Positions 38,928-48,354 of a stretch of DNA of 64,000 nucleotides are shown piece by piece. Origin of the DNA: Escherichia coli (GTDB taxonomy: Bacteria > Pseudomonadota > Gammaproteobacteria > Enterobacterales > Enterobacteriaceae); assembly GCF_044324785.1 (NCBI RefSeq), contig NZ_CP172127.1; one strand, given 5' to 3'. Within the stretch, counting starts at the first letter, position 1; each line of letters opens with the position of its first letter. Both the position numbers and the translations under genes were made by a program. Under the pieces are notes generated by a model. The model did no database searches. It was not told the origin of the DNA and was given only the letters and a program-made list of their open reading frames with translations.

Positions 38928-39535
38928 TTCTGTAATCCTTCCCGTTCATCCAGTAGCGCGTTTATCTGGTTTCGCCAGCGACGACATTGCCCTGCGTTGT
39001 CGATGATGTTGGCAAGGACGTCAAGCTGGGAGACACCCGAATTGCGTAACCGGGCGTCAGCGGTTTCAGGTTGCCCGGTCGCTGCGCCAGTGCCGGTGCC
39101 AGCGGCGGCAACTGAGTCTGAATGACCGGTGTCGACGGATGCGTTGTCGTATCCGAGTGCGGCGTTGTACTGGCGCACGAAACCGCGAGTAAACACGCAC
39201 TCAATGGGATGGCTCTTACCTTTTTCATCAATCCAGCGCTGTGTGACATCGTTAATTTGCCCCTGTAGTTGTTTGTTCTGGTCCTCCAGTTGAGCAATCT
39301 GCTCAAGATAACCAGCTTCAGCCCGTTGCCCGGCGGCTACCTGCTCCTGATAACGCTCAGACCATGCGCGCAACGCCGCCACCTCACGCCGGGCCTGTTC
39401 TGCCCGGTATCCGTCAAAATCCGCCTGCAGGCGGCTGAGCGCCGCCTGACCGTCAGCGGAGGCCCGGTCGTGGCCTGTGCTGTATCCCAGCCACCAGATC
39501 GCCAGCAGGAAGGTGTTCAGGAGAATGGCCAGCAT
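38924..39535 (-). CDS. i-spanin (Rz-like)
   Basis: Start MLAILLNTFLLAIWWLGY (N-terminal TM) then coiled-coil-rich periplasmic domain; follows the endolysin. Confidence 0.6.
   Translation of the reverse strand: MLAILLNTFLLAIWWLGYSTGHDRASADGQAALSRLQADFDGYRAEQARREVAALRAWSERYQEQVAAGQRAEAGYLEQIAQLEDQNKQLQGQINDVTQRWIDEKGKSHPIECVFTRGFVRQYNAALGYDNASVDTGHSDSVAAAGTGTGAATGQPETADARLRNSGVSQLDVLANIIDNAGQCRRWRNQINALLDEREGLQK
38962..39228 (-). CDS. o-spanin (Rz1-like lipoprotein) embedded in +1 frame within the i-spanin gene
   Basis: MKKVRAIPLSACLLAVSCAS... signal peptide with lipobox-like LAVSC, Pro/Thr-rich body. Confidence 0.55.
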   Translation of the reverse strand: MKKVRAIPLSACLLAVSCASTTPHSDTTTHPSTPVIQTQLPPLAPALAQRPGNLKPLTPGYAIRVSPSLTSLPTSSTTQGNVVAGETR

Positions 39536-39563
39536 AATGACCCGCCACGGCAGCGACCGTAAC

Positions 39564-40301
39564 TTACGTACCCACACAGCTTGCCCCTCCCCATGAGAGA
39601 TAACGCGGGGCCAGCGTGAACAGGATGCGCTGGGGATAATGACGGTTCTCCCGCCAGCTGGCAGTGCTGCGTCCGGCATTCACCGTGGCGACATGACCAA
39701 ACCAGCGGGTGCTGTCCAGCCCTTTTTGTGATGCAAGCCGCCTGTCCCGCTGTACCCAGCCCAGACCACCGTTATAGCCCGACAGTGTCATGGCCATACG
39801 CTCGCAGTCACTGGCGGCGCTGACGCGCTGCCACAGCCAGCGGTCATAGCTGACCAGCGCCCGGATGGCCCATGCCGGATTAAATGGCTCACGGCTGTTA
39901 AGCCCCGGCATCAACTGACTTATCCAGTCGGCGGTGGCGGGCATGAACTGCGCCAGTCCCTGAGCGCCAACCGGCGAGATCGCATCAGGTCGCCAGCCGC
40001 TTTCCTGATGCAGTTGCGCAGCGAAATCAGCCACCGGCGCAGACAGTCCCCATTCAAGCCGGGCATTACGGATCACATCATCGCGATACTGCAGCGCTGC
40101 CTGCGGAGGCTGCGCTGCGCGGGCCTGACTGAAGAAGCCGCCACACCAGAGCAACATTGCGACAAAGAATACCCGTGCCATATGAACCAGAAAGGTCCCG
40201 GCGCGGACTGACAGGCGTTCGGTTCTGATGAAGACCCTAAAGGCTTCGAAAGCCAGTTTCAGGGACATGCATACAATCCAGGTGATCTGCGGCCAGTTCA
40301 T
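39564..40301 (-). CDS. Endolysin, lytic transglycosylase (SLT-domain) type, possibly signal-anchored
   Basis: SLT-like motif ...QLHQESGWRPDAISPVGAQGLAQFMPATADW...; hydrophobic N-terminal segment. Confidence 0.75.
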   Translation of the reverse strand: MNWPQITWIVCMSLKLAFEAFRVFIRTERLSVRAGTFLVHMARVFFVAMLLWCGGFFSQARAAQPPQAALQYRDDVIRNARLEWGLSAPVADFAAQLHQESGWRPDAISPVGAQGLAQFMPATADWISQLMPGLNSREPFNPAWAIRALVSYDRWLWQRVSAASDCERMAMTLSGYNGGLGWVQRDRRLASQKGLDSTRWFGHVATVNAGRSTASWRENRHYPQRILFTLAPRYLSWGGASCVGT

Positions 40302-40303
40302 GA

Positions 40304-40654
40304 TTAAAGCCCCATCGCAACAGCCAGACAGACCGCTGCAACAATCAGTGCACGGCGGATTAACGCAGCAGAAAACACCAGGTGAAGGCCGGTCTGTACC
40401 GGGAAACGCCCATCAGCCATCAGCCTGTCGTCATGTTTCAGGTACTGACCGGGACGGGCTTTGGGGAAGAGCGAACGGTCAAGCCAGTAACCCAGCACTG
40501 CTGCCAGCGTGATGAGTGCCAGCTTGTAGATCACAACAGGCAACTGCTGTGGCGAGACCAGAGCGATGGTGCCCAGCAACAGCACTGAGGTCAGCAGCCA
40601 GCCGCTGAGGCGAGGTTTTTTAACAGGGGGAATGAATTTTTTCAGGTTTTTCAT
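40304..40654 (-). CDS. Putative holin (small membrane protein, 2-3 TM helices)
   Basis: SD AGGAGA before ATG 40654; first gene of the late leftward operon, immediately upstream of the endolysin. Confidence 0.5.
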   Translation of the reverse strand: MKNLKKFIPPVKKPRLSGWLLTSVLLLGTIALVSPQQLPVVIYKLALITLAAVLGYWLDRSLFPKARPGQYLKHDDRLMADGRFPVQTGLHLVFSAALIRRALIVAAVCLAVAMGL

Positions 40655-40784
40655 GTGTGTCTCCTTGTCTGGTGGAGACAGCATCACAAATACAGGGCGC
40701 GAAGGATTTTAAAGCGCGTTAAGAGAGCCGGGGATACGGGATGTGCAGGATAAACGATGAATTATTCACAGAGGAGAATACGAT

Positions 40785-41528
40785 ATGACGCAGACACTGA
40801 ATCCGGTCATCACTGTCACCGTGTCCGGTCCTGTGGGCAGCGGTAAAAGTTACATATTGGCGCGGATAGAGGAAGTGGTGAAACAGGAATTCGGGGGCAG
40901 CGTCATTGTCGATGCTGCAGACGTAGATGATGAGCGGCGTATGAGTGGCGATGATCTGACGACCTGGCAGAAGCCACGGGGTGGCACAGTGATCAGGCTG
41001 GAGGAATACACGGGACAGGGCCTGTTGTCATACGGCGAGGAGCGTATCTGTCGGACGAATGAGCTGCTGGATGTTATATGCCCCACGGGCCGGCAACCCT
41101 GGATACTGCCCGATGCACTGCATGCCACCATTGCGGCACTGATGACAGTTTACGATCAGGAGCTGCTCATGAAGGAGCTACGTAAACTCACCGGTCAGCC
41201 AACAGAATGTTTTTCTGCCCCGAAGTACGGGAAACAGGAACACATCCCGGTGAACACGCTCCCCGTTAACCAGCCTCCCCGGTTCTTCGACGAATACATT
41301 CTGACACCGGAAAATAAAGCTGAGCACGAAGAGATCAAAGCGGCGTTGTTCCGGGAAATCAGGAAGATTGCTGAAATGCAACTGGGGGGCGGGCTGGACA
41401 GAGTGATGGCGAGAGGAGAATGGGAGTCGCTGTTTGAAAGAGTTTCCCCGGAATTACTTCCCCTCGCACTGGCTATCGGGATTATGCAGACAGCGGATAA
41501 ACCTCACTTACGTTCATTAAACACGTAA
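40785..41528 (+). CDS. P-loop NTPase-like protein of unknown function (247 aa)
   Basis: Walker A GPVGSGKS at residues 15-22, rest without recognisable motif; SD GAGGAG 8 nt upstream. Confidence 0.5.
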   Translation: MTQTLNPVITVTVSGPVGSGKSYILARIEEVVKQEFGGSVIVDAADVDDERRMSGDDLTTWQKPRGGTVIRLEEYTGQGLLSYGEERICRTNELLDVICPTGRQPWILPDALHATIAALMTVYDQELLMKELRKLTGQPTECFSAPKYGKQEHIPVNTLPVNQPPRFFDEYILTPENKAEHEEIKAALFREIRKIAEMQLGGGLDRVMARGEWESLFERVSPELLPLALAIGIMQTADKPHLRSLNT

Positions 41529-41908
41529 CGCATAATCCGGGATACGCATTCAGCGATGACTGCATTTTCACCGGTTTTTACTGCATCCAGAAGTGACTCT
41601 TTAAATGGTGCGGGCCGGGGCTGCAGAAGGGTCGGCGTGGCATTGAGCAGACGGAGCGTTTTTTCCGTGAGGACGACATCAGCCGCTCCCACAGCCAGCA
41701 ACTGAGAGTAACGAATATAGCTGTTATCCCGAAGCCATATCAGCGTATCAATAAAATACCGGCACTTTTTCTGGTCGTGATCAACCTGGTCCGGGATATC
41801 GAAAAAACCAGAATAAATCAAAACCTGAGGTGCCGGATGCGTGTTCAGTAATCGGCAGAATATTTTGCCGGTGAGTGCATAAAAATCATCATTTAAGGAG
41901 TGCATCAT
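41504..41908 (-). CDS. Hypothetical protein (134 aa)
   Basis: ORF whose ATG (41906-41908) overlaps the divergent ATG of the next gene (41907). Confidence 0.4.
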   Translation of the reverse strand: MMHSLNDDFYALTGKIFCRLLNTHPAPQVLIYSGFFDIPDQVDHDQKKCRYFIDTLIWLRDNSYIRYSQLLAVGAADVVLTEKTLRLLNATPTLLQPRPAPFKESLLDAVKTGENAVIAECVSRIMRYVFNERK

Positions 41909-42122
41909 GAATCCCCGATTAACGTTAACAGAACATCAGCGCCGTGCTGAAGCAGTGAACAATGTTCTGGAAGATATTATCCGGTTACATCGCGGAGAAC
42001 TGAGTGTCTGTCGTGCCGCTTTTCATTTTCAGGGAATACAAAAGCAGTTTGATACTTCTGTTTTTGCAGAAGGTATTACTTATGCCCTGGACCGGATAAG
42101 GTCAGAAAATCGCCCCGGATAA
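41907..42122 (+). CDS. Hypothetical small protein (71 aa)
   Basis: SD AAGGAG 6 nt upstream of ATG. Confidence 0.4.
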   Translation: MNPRLTLTEHQRRAEAVNNVLEDIIRLHRGELSVCRAAFHFQGIQKQFDTSVFAEGITYALDRIRSENRPG

Positions 42123-42313
42123 TCCCTAAACCACATTAACAGAAATCCCACTATCCCTGCCGCATCATGAAAGAACGACCAGCCCGGTGCTTCGGACCCA
42201 CCGGGCTGGCCATCGTCCCACAGAAGTGGCTGTGAGCCGACCGAGGTTCAGTCAGTCTCGCGAGACCAGACTAGCCTGCCATATTTTTAATAATTGTAAA
42301 AGGCTTACAGATT

Positions 42314-43078
42314 ATGAAAATGAAGACATTACCCATCGTTCCATGGATTGGTGGCAAACGTCGCCTGGCAAAACACATCCTGCCGCTGTTTCCGGCGCAT
42401 GAATGTTATGTGGAGCCGTTTTGTGGGGCAGCAGCGCTCTATTTTCTTAAGACACCCGGCAAGATCGAAGTCATCAATGATATCAACGGTGAACTGGTGA
42501 ATCTGTACCGGGTGGTAAAGCATCACCTGGAAGAATTTGTCCGCCAGTTCAAATGGGCGCTGGTCAGCCGTCAGATCTACAAATGGCTGCAGATCACCCC
42601 GGAAGAAACACTGACGGATATCCAGCGTGCGGCACGGTTCTACTACCTTCAGAAGCAGGCGTTTGGCGGCAAGGTGGCAGAGCACAGCTTCGGTACCTCC
42701 ACCACATCCCCGCCACGCTTCAACCTGCTGCGTATTGAAGAAGAACTGTCAGCAGCACACCTGCGGCTTTCCAGAACAGTCATAGAACACATGGACTGGC
42801 AACAGTGCATTGAGCGTTATGATCGTCCGCACACACTGTTCTACTGCGACCCACCGTACCTGGGTACGGAAGGCTATGGTGTGGATTTTCCTGAAGGGAA
42901 CTACTCGCGGCTGGCAGAGCTGGCCCGGTGCATCAGAGGAAAAATGATAATTTCGGTGAACGATATCCCACAGATGCGCGAGGTGTTCACTGGACTGAAC
43001 ATACAGACAGTGAACATCAACTACAGTCTGGCGGGGAAATCTACGCCGCGCCGTGAACTGGTAATCTGCAACTTCTGA
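42314..43078 (+). CDS. DNA N6-adenine methyltransferase (Dam-like)
   Basis: N-terminal WIGGKRRLAKHILPLFP and catalytic DPPY motif (YCDPPYLG). Confidence 0.85.
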   Translation: MKMKTLPIVPWIGGKRRLAKHILPLFPAHECYVEPFCGAAALYFLKTPGKIEVINDINGELVNLYRVVKHHLEEFVRQFKWALVSRQIYKWLQITPEETLTDIQRAARFYYLQKQAFGGKVAEHSFGTSTTSPPRFNLLRIEEELSAAHLRLSRTVIEHMDWQQCIERYDRPHTLFYCDPPYLGTEGYGVDFPEGNYSRLAELARCIRGKMIISVNDIPQMREVFTGLNIQTVNINYSLAGKSTPRRELVICNF

Positions 43079-43085
43079 AACAAAA

Positions 43086-43108
43086 CCGGAAAGCACAATG
43101 CTTTCCGG
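43086..43108. terminator. Bidirectional hairpin between dam-like gene and repressor gene
   Basis: Perfect 9-bp stem CCGGAAAGC/GCTTTCCGG with 5-nt loop; T-rich run on the minus-strand side. Confidence 0.45.
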
Positions 43109-43194
43109 TAAACCAAACAACTTCCACTATGTCACTGGCGATGTTTTCTGAAAGCATCCAGATCAACCACCTGTCCTTTGTGTCCAGGTCAAAA

Positions 43195-43533
43195 TCAGCC
43201 TGCGAGTTTGCTTGGTTTGGGTTGAATGAAGACTTTGCCGACCTCAAGAATTGCCCTCCGTTGTTCGGGGCTCATTTCGTCGAATGCATCCATTAACTCT
43301 TTCTTTTCTTGTGACACATAAGGTGCAACAACAGGCTGACTCCGCACCCCAGTAACTACATACAAAATATCTACACCGATTTCTGATAGTGCAGATAACT
43401 GCACTGCAGTAGGAGAAGTGCGATCTTTTTCCCAATCAATGAAAGTTCTCTTTGCCACACCTATAGCATCAGCCAACCCTTGCTGTGTAAGAGATAGACG
43501 CTCTCTTTCTTCTTTAATACGTAACCCGATCAT
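43195..43533 (-). CDS. Phage repressor, HTH XRE/cI-type
   Basis: MIGLRIKEERERLSLTQQGLADAIGVAKRTFIDWEKDRTSP is a canonical XRE HTH; divergent from the early operon. Confidence 0.7.
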   Translation of the reverse strand: MIGLRIKEERERLSLTQQGLADAIGVAKRTFIDWEKDRTSPTAVQLSALSEIGVDILYVVTGVRSQPVVAPYVSQEKKELMDAFDEMSPEQRRAILEVGKVFIQPKPSKLAG

Positions 43534-43557
43534 GTGAGTTTTTCTGCACTCTTTAAG

Positions 43558-43586
43558 TTGACTGGTGAGGTAATCTGCACCATAAT
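43558..43586 (+). promoter_or_regulatory. Putative sigma70 early promoter with overlapping repressor operators
   Basis: -35 TTGACT (43558-43563), 17-bp spacer, -10 CATAAT (43581-43586); direct repeat TCTGCAC at 43543-43549 and 43574-43580. Confidence 0.4.
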
Positions 43587-43633
43587 CTATCACACATAAG
43601 GCAAACATCATTGCATCAACAAAGGAGACAACG

Positions 43634-43822
43634 ATGACTGCAGAACAAGTCAAAGCTCTCTTCCGCCAGCGCGGGATCACTTTCACCCGCTGGGCAGAAG
43701 AAAACGGCTACAACCGCAATGAGGTATACCGCGTTCTCAATGGGCAGACCAAAGCCCGTTACGGTAAATCCCATGAAATCGCCGTGAAGTTGGGGCTGAA
43801 ATCAACAGCTCAGGCAGCCTGA
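43634..43822 (+). CDS. Small DNA-binding protein (Ner-like position)
   Basis: 62 aa basic protein, first gene of the rightward early operon, divergent from repressor. Confidence 0.4.
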   Translation: MTAEQVKALFRQRGITFTRWAEENGYNRNEVYRVLNGQTKARYGKSHEIAVKLGLKSTAQAA

Positions 43823-43868
43823 AGATTTTGAGTCTTTGTAAAAGGTTATCACATATCGCAAAAGAGGT

Positions 43869-44183
43869 ATGCAGATGAGTAAGACGAATGTTTCAAGCTC
43901 CGGCAGTCGCATCCTCCGGGTACTCAAAGCGCTGCGCGGTCATGCCCTGAACGGTATTTCCAACGGTGAACTGGCGGCAGCACTGCACGAGTCACCGGCA
44001 AACATCAACCGGGCACTCAACACCCTCATTGAAGAAGGGTTGGCCCTGAAACTGGAAAACGGGCGTTTCGCGCCGGGCATCCAGTTACTGCAGATCGCTA
44101 TGGCCCACAGTAACGAGATGGCACGTGCACAGGATCGCATTAACGAAATCAACCAACGTGTCATTTCAGGTAGTCGTTTGTAA
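43869..44183 (+). CDS. Putative winged-helix DNA-binding regulator (104 aa)
   Basis: ILRVLKALRGHALNGISNGELAAALHESPANINRALNTLIEEGL resembles a wHTH. Confidence 0.4.
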   Translation: MQMSKTNVSSSGSRILRVLKALRGHALNGISNGELAAALHESPANINRALNTLIEEGLALKLENGRFAPGIQLLQIAMAHSNEMARAQDRINEINQRVISGSRL

Positions 44184-44193
44184 GGAGTAATAA

Positions 44194-45105
44194 ATGGGAC
44201 GCACCAAATCACCGATTAACACTGAACTGAACGCCGAGGTACCGCTGTCGGATGATCTCAATGTCAGTCTGAACGCCATGACACAGCATCGTATGGAGAT
44301 CATGCAGCAGTTTGGCGATGGTCAGCCCTATGAGCGTGATCGCATAGTTCATGAGGCTCGGTTTTATATGGCACAGAGCGCTGAGGCCATGCTGGAAGCA
44401 GGTAAACGACTTATTATTCTCAAAGAAAATGAACCTCACGGGGACTTTGTTGGAATTGTAGAAGAACAACTTGGTCTGCATGTGCGCGCAGCACAACGAA
44501 TGATGAAAGCATCTTTGAAATACCTTTCACCAAAACTAGAGCCAAAAGCGACAACGTTGTCGCTTTTAGGTAAGGCAAAATTATTTGAACTTGTTGCTGA
44601 AGATGACGACGACCTTGCTGAACTGGCCGACGGTGGCACAGTTGCCGGACTGACGCTTGACGATGTTGATCGCATGTCAGTACGTGAATTGCGTCAGGCC
44701 CTGCGCGAAGCGCGCGAAACCAACGCAGCACAACAGCGCGTACTCGCCGACAAAAATGAAAAAATAGACTCACTCTCCACCAGACTGGAGAAGAAATCCC
44801 GTATTCAGCCACCTGAGCCTGATGAAGAGGTGAAGAAACTGCGGGCAGAAGTGACCGCGTTAGCGGTTGAGGCGGAATCTGCCATCGCCGTTCGACTGTC
44901 CAGCGCTTTTGAGACGCTGTGCGCATATTGTGCTGAAAACATGATTGATACCCCCAGAGACTTCATGGCAGGCCTGGTCTGTCAACTGGAAAGCACAGCG
45001 CGTAGCCTGCGCTCCACATTTGACCTGCCGGACGAGCCAACAGGCAATGCAGCGCCTTCATGGCTGACTGAGCCGACGCCACAGATTAACGGGCTGGAGG
45101 CATAA
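44194..45105 (+). CDS. Hypothetical early protein (303 aa), possibly DUF3102-like
   Basis: Acidic, coiled-coil-rich; located just upstream of transposase A. Confidence 0.4.
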   Translation: MGRTKSPINTELNAEVPLSDDLNVSLNAMTQHRMEIMQQFGDGQPYERDRIVHEARFYMAQSAEAMLEAGKRLIILKENEPHGDFVGIVEEQLGLHVRAAQRMMKASLKYLSPKLEPKATTLSLLGKAKLFELVAEDDDDLAELADGGTVAGLTLDDVDRMSVRELRQALREARETNAAQQRVLADKNEKIDSLSTRLEKKSRIQPPEPDEEVKKLRAEVTALAVEAESAIAVRLSSAFETLCAYCAENMIDTPRDFMAGLVCQLESTARSLRSTFDLPDEPTGNAAPSWLTEPTPQINGLEA

Positions 45106-45108
45106 CCA

Positions 45109-46878
45109 ATGAATGCTGCCCTGACTGAACGACTGGTTTATGTCGCCCGCGCGGCACGTGACGCGGGGCATGGTAAACGCGGCGCAGTATACGACGCTGC
45201 CTGTGCTGAACTTGGCATGTCCCGCGCCACTCTGCTGCGCAGGCTGAAGGAGGTATCTGTGACTGATAAACGCAAAAAACGCGCCGATGCCGGGCGCAGC
45301 GCCCTGACCCGCGACGAAGCCGCGCTGATATCTGCCACACTGCGTGAGGCCACCCGCAAGAACGGTAAGCGTCTCTATTCCATCGCGGATGCAGTGGAAA
45401 CCCTGCGGGCTAACGGCTTTATATCCGCAGGCAGAACAGATGAAACCACCGGTGAGTTTTTCCCGTTGTCCGAAGATGCCATCAGCCGAGCCCTGCGTAA
45501 CTATGGCCTGCACCCGGAACAACTGGATGCCCCTGCGCCGCATACCGAAGTGGCCAGTCTGCATCCCAATCATGTCTGGCAGATTGACGCCTCACTCTGC
45601 ACGCTTTACTACCTGAGCAATGGACATAAAGGGCTGCAGGTGATGGACAGCGCGAAGTTCTACAAGAACAAGCCCGCTAACCTTGCCCGTATCGCCAGTG
45701 ACCGCGTGTGGAGTTACGAGATTACCGACCATGCCAGCGGCTGGATTTACGTTGAGTATGTGACGGGCGCGGAATCAGGTGAGAACCTGTGTTCTGTGCT
45801 TATCAACGCCATGCAGGAGCGTGGCGGCGCAGACGTGCTGCACGGTGTGCCGAAAATACTCTATCTCGACCCCGGCTCGGCAAACACCGCGGGTATGACG
45901 AAAAACATGTGCCGCTCACTGGGCATCGACCTGATAGCGCACAAGCCGCATAACGCCCGCGCCACCGGACAGGTGGAAAAGGCGCGGGACATTATCGAAC
46001 GCAAGCTGGAGCCGGGTCTGAAGTTCCGGCCGGTTCACAGTCTGGAAGAACTCAACGCGCTGGCCGCGAAATGGCGCAGCCACTTTAACGCCACGGCTGT
46101 TCACAGCCGCCACGGTAAAACCCGCACGGATATCTGGCTGAAGATTACTGCTGAGCAGCTGAAAAAAGCGCCTTCCGTTGAGGTATGTCGTGAACTGGCT
46201 GTGGCGGCACCAGAACTCCGCAAAGTCACGCCAAAACTTCGTGTCTCGTTCCGGGGCACTGAATTTGACGTATCAACGGTACCGGGCGTACTGGTTGGTG
46301 AAAAACTGATGATTACCCGTAACCCGTGGCGCAGCGATGTGGCACAGGTGGTTCTGACCGGTGAGGACGGCCACGAGACGTTCTTCCTGGTCGAAGAGGT
46401 CAGAAAGAACGAGTTTGGCTTTGCTGAAGGCGCGGCGGTATTTGGCGAAAGTTACAAAGCCCTGCCGGAAACCCCGGCGCAGATGGCGGCAAAAGAAACC
46501 GAAGCGCTGGTCACCGGTACAGACAACGCCGCAGATGCAGCTGCCGCACGCAAGGCGAAGGCGCTGCCGTTCGGCGGGCGGCTTGACCCGTATAAACATA
46601 TCGACGACACCACACTTCCGGCCTATATGCCGAAGCGTGGTCAGGCCTCTGACGTACGCGGGCCGCGCACTGAACAACGTCCCATGACTTATGTGGAGGC
46701 CGCGAAAGCCCTGCGCGATAAGTTCAGCGCCAACGGCTTTACCTGGACGCTGGAACATTACCGCCAGTTAACGGCACAGTATCCGGACGGCGTACCGGAA
46801 GCCGCACTGGATGAAGTCATGGCCACGCTGACCACGCCGGCCCGCAGCAGCGTTATCAGTATTGTTAACGGCAACTGA
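45109..46878 (+). CDS. Mu-type DDE transposase (A protein)
   Basis: 589 aa with integrase-core region (HVWQIDASL...) followed by the B-like ATPase gene. Confidence 0.8.
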   Translation: MNAALTERLVYVARAARDAGHGKRGAVYDAACAELGMSRATLLRRLKEVSVTDKRKKRADAGRSALTRDEAALISATLREATRKNGKRLYSIADAVETLRANGFISAGRTDETTGEFFPLSEDAISRALRNYGLHPEQLDAPAPHTEVASLHPNHVWQIDASLCTLYYLSNGHKGLQVMDSAKFYKNKPANLARIASDRVWSYEITDHASGWIYVEYVTGAESGENLCSVLINAMQERGGADVLHGVPKILYLDPGSANTAGMTKNMCRSLGIDLIAHKPHNARATGQVEKARDIIERKLEPGLKFRPVHSLEELNALAAKWRSHFNATAVHSRHGKTRTDIWLKITAEQLKKAPSVEVCRELAVAAPELRKVTPKLRVSFRGTEFDVSTVPGVLVGEKLMITRNPWRSDVAQVVLTGEDGHETFFLVEEVRKNEFGFAEGAAVFGESYKALPETPAQMAAKETEALVTGTDNAADAAAARKAKALPFGGRLDPYKHIDDTTLPAYMPKRGQASDVRGPRTEQRPMTYVEAAKALRDKFSANGFTWTLEHYRQLTAQYPDGVPEAALDEVMATLTTPARSSVISIVNGN

Positions 46879-46888
46879 GGAGGGAAAC

Positions 46889-48055
46889 ATGCTGGTACTG
46901 AAGCAGCAACTGAAAGAAGCCCGTATTCCACAGGCGGTGGTGGCGAGAGCTGTCGATGTTTCTGAGGCCACGCTGGCCCAGATTGTGAATCATAACGCGT
47001 GGCCCCGCACCAGCCCCGGAGAAGTGCGCCGGCGTCTTGCGTCCTGGCTGGAAAGTCAGGGGATTGATACAACGAAGAGTTTTGATGCTGTACAGGGCGC
47101 GGCCACGCCCCGTACAGCGGGTACCACAGATAAAACGAGCCTCAGTGAGGAAGAGAATATGTTACTCAAAAAACAGGTGTTATTTCCAGCAACCAAAAAA
47201 GCGTTTGGTCTTTTCCGTGACCCGTTCGCCGACGAAGCCATGCAGGGTTCTGATGATGTGTTCACCACCCCGGATATTCGCTACGTGCGTGAGGCGTTGT
47301 ACCAGACAGCCCGTCATGGTGGGTTTATGGCCGTCATCGGTGAGTCCGGTGCGGGTAAATCCACGCTGCGCCGCGACCTGACTGAACGTATCAACCGCGA
47401 GAATGCGCCGGTAATTGTTATCGAGCCATACATCATCGCTATGGAAGACAACGATGTGAAAGGGAAAACCCTGAAGGCAGCAGCGATTGCCGAAGCCATT
47501 ATCAGTACCATCGCACCACTGGAAAGCATCAGACGCAGTCAGGACGCCCGCTTTCGCCAGTTGCATCGCGTCCTGAAAGACAGCAGCCAGGCGGGGTTCA
47601 GCCACGTTCTGGTGATTGAGGAGGCCCACAGTCTGCCCATTCCGACACTGAAACACCTCAAACGCTTTTTTGAGCTGGAGTCCGGTTTCAAAAAACTGCT
47701 GTCCATCGTGCTGATTGGCCAGCCGGAACTGGCGACAAAACTGTCTGAACGCAATATGGAAGTCCGTGAAGTCGTTCAGCGCTGTGAGGTGGTCGAACTT
47801 CTGCCTCTGGACAATAACCTTGAAGAGTTTCTGACGTTCAAACTGCAACGGGCCGGTAAACAACTGACGGACATTATGGACGCCAGCGCAGTGGATGCCA
47901 TACGTGCCCGCCTGAGCAATCCGGGAAGTCATCGTAAAAATATGGTCAGCCTGCTGTATCCGCTGGCCGTCAGTAACCTGGTAATAGCCGCCATGAATCT
48001 GGCCGCTGAAATCGGGGTTCCACAGGTCAACGCTGACGTTGTCAAAGGGGTTTAA
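46889..48055 (+). CDS. Transposition ATPase (MuB-like AAA+ target DNA activator)
   Basis: Walker A VIGESGAGKST, Walker B-like HVLVIEEAH; SD GGAGGG before ATG. Confidence 0.8.
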   Translation: MLVLKQQLKEARIPQAVVARAVDVSEATLAQIVNHNAWPRTSPGEVRRRLASWLESQGIDTTKSFDAVQGAATPRTAGTTDKTSLSEEENMLLKKQVLFPATKKAFGLFRDPFADEAMQGSDDVFTTPDIRYVREALYQTARHGGFMAVIGESGAGKSTLRRDLTERINRENAPVIVIEPYIIAMEDNDVKGKTLKAAAIAEAIISTIAPLESIRRSQDARFRQLHRVLKDSSQAGFSHVLVIEEAHSLPIPTLKHLKRFFELESGFKKLLSIVLIGQPELATKLSERNMEVREVVQRCEVVELLPLDNNLEEFLTFKLQRAGKQLTDIMDASAVDAIRARLSNPGSHRKNMVSLLYPLAVSNLVIAAMNLAAEIGVPQVNADVVKGV

Positions 48056-48057
48056 TA

Positions 48058-48327
48058 ATGAAATCCACCACAGGTATCAACCAGCAAATCAGCAAAGTGC
48101 AGTCAGCCATTATGGCGCTTAAGGCGACGAACACGGATGTACAAAGCATCACCATCAGGGGTAACAAACCTGTCATCCGCGTTTCCCGGAGTGCGCATTG
48201 CATGCGCATGCTTGAGCAGGGAAAGGCCTGTTATCTGTATACCGGTCATGACCACAGGGGACATTTCCGTCAGGGCGTTTTCGAACTGCACGGCTGTCGC
48301 GTCGTGTGGCCGGAATCTTTGTGGTAA
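48058..48327 (+). CDS. Hypothetical early protein (89 aa)
   Basis: Coupled to B stop. Confidence 0.4.
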   Translation: MKSTTGINQQISKVQSAIMALKATNTDVQSITIRGNKPVIRVSRSAHCMRMLEQGKACYLYTGHDHRGHFRQGVFELHGCRVVWPESLW

Positions 48328-48354
48328 TCAGCACAACAGGAGGAGTCATAAAAT

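Noticed and set aside
47180-47932. 250-aa minus-strand ORF
   Set aside because: Antisense to the MuB-like ATPase gene
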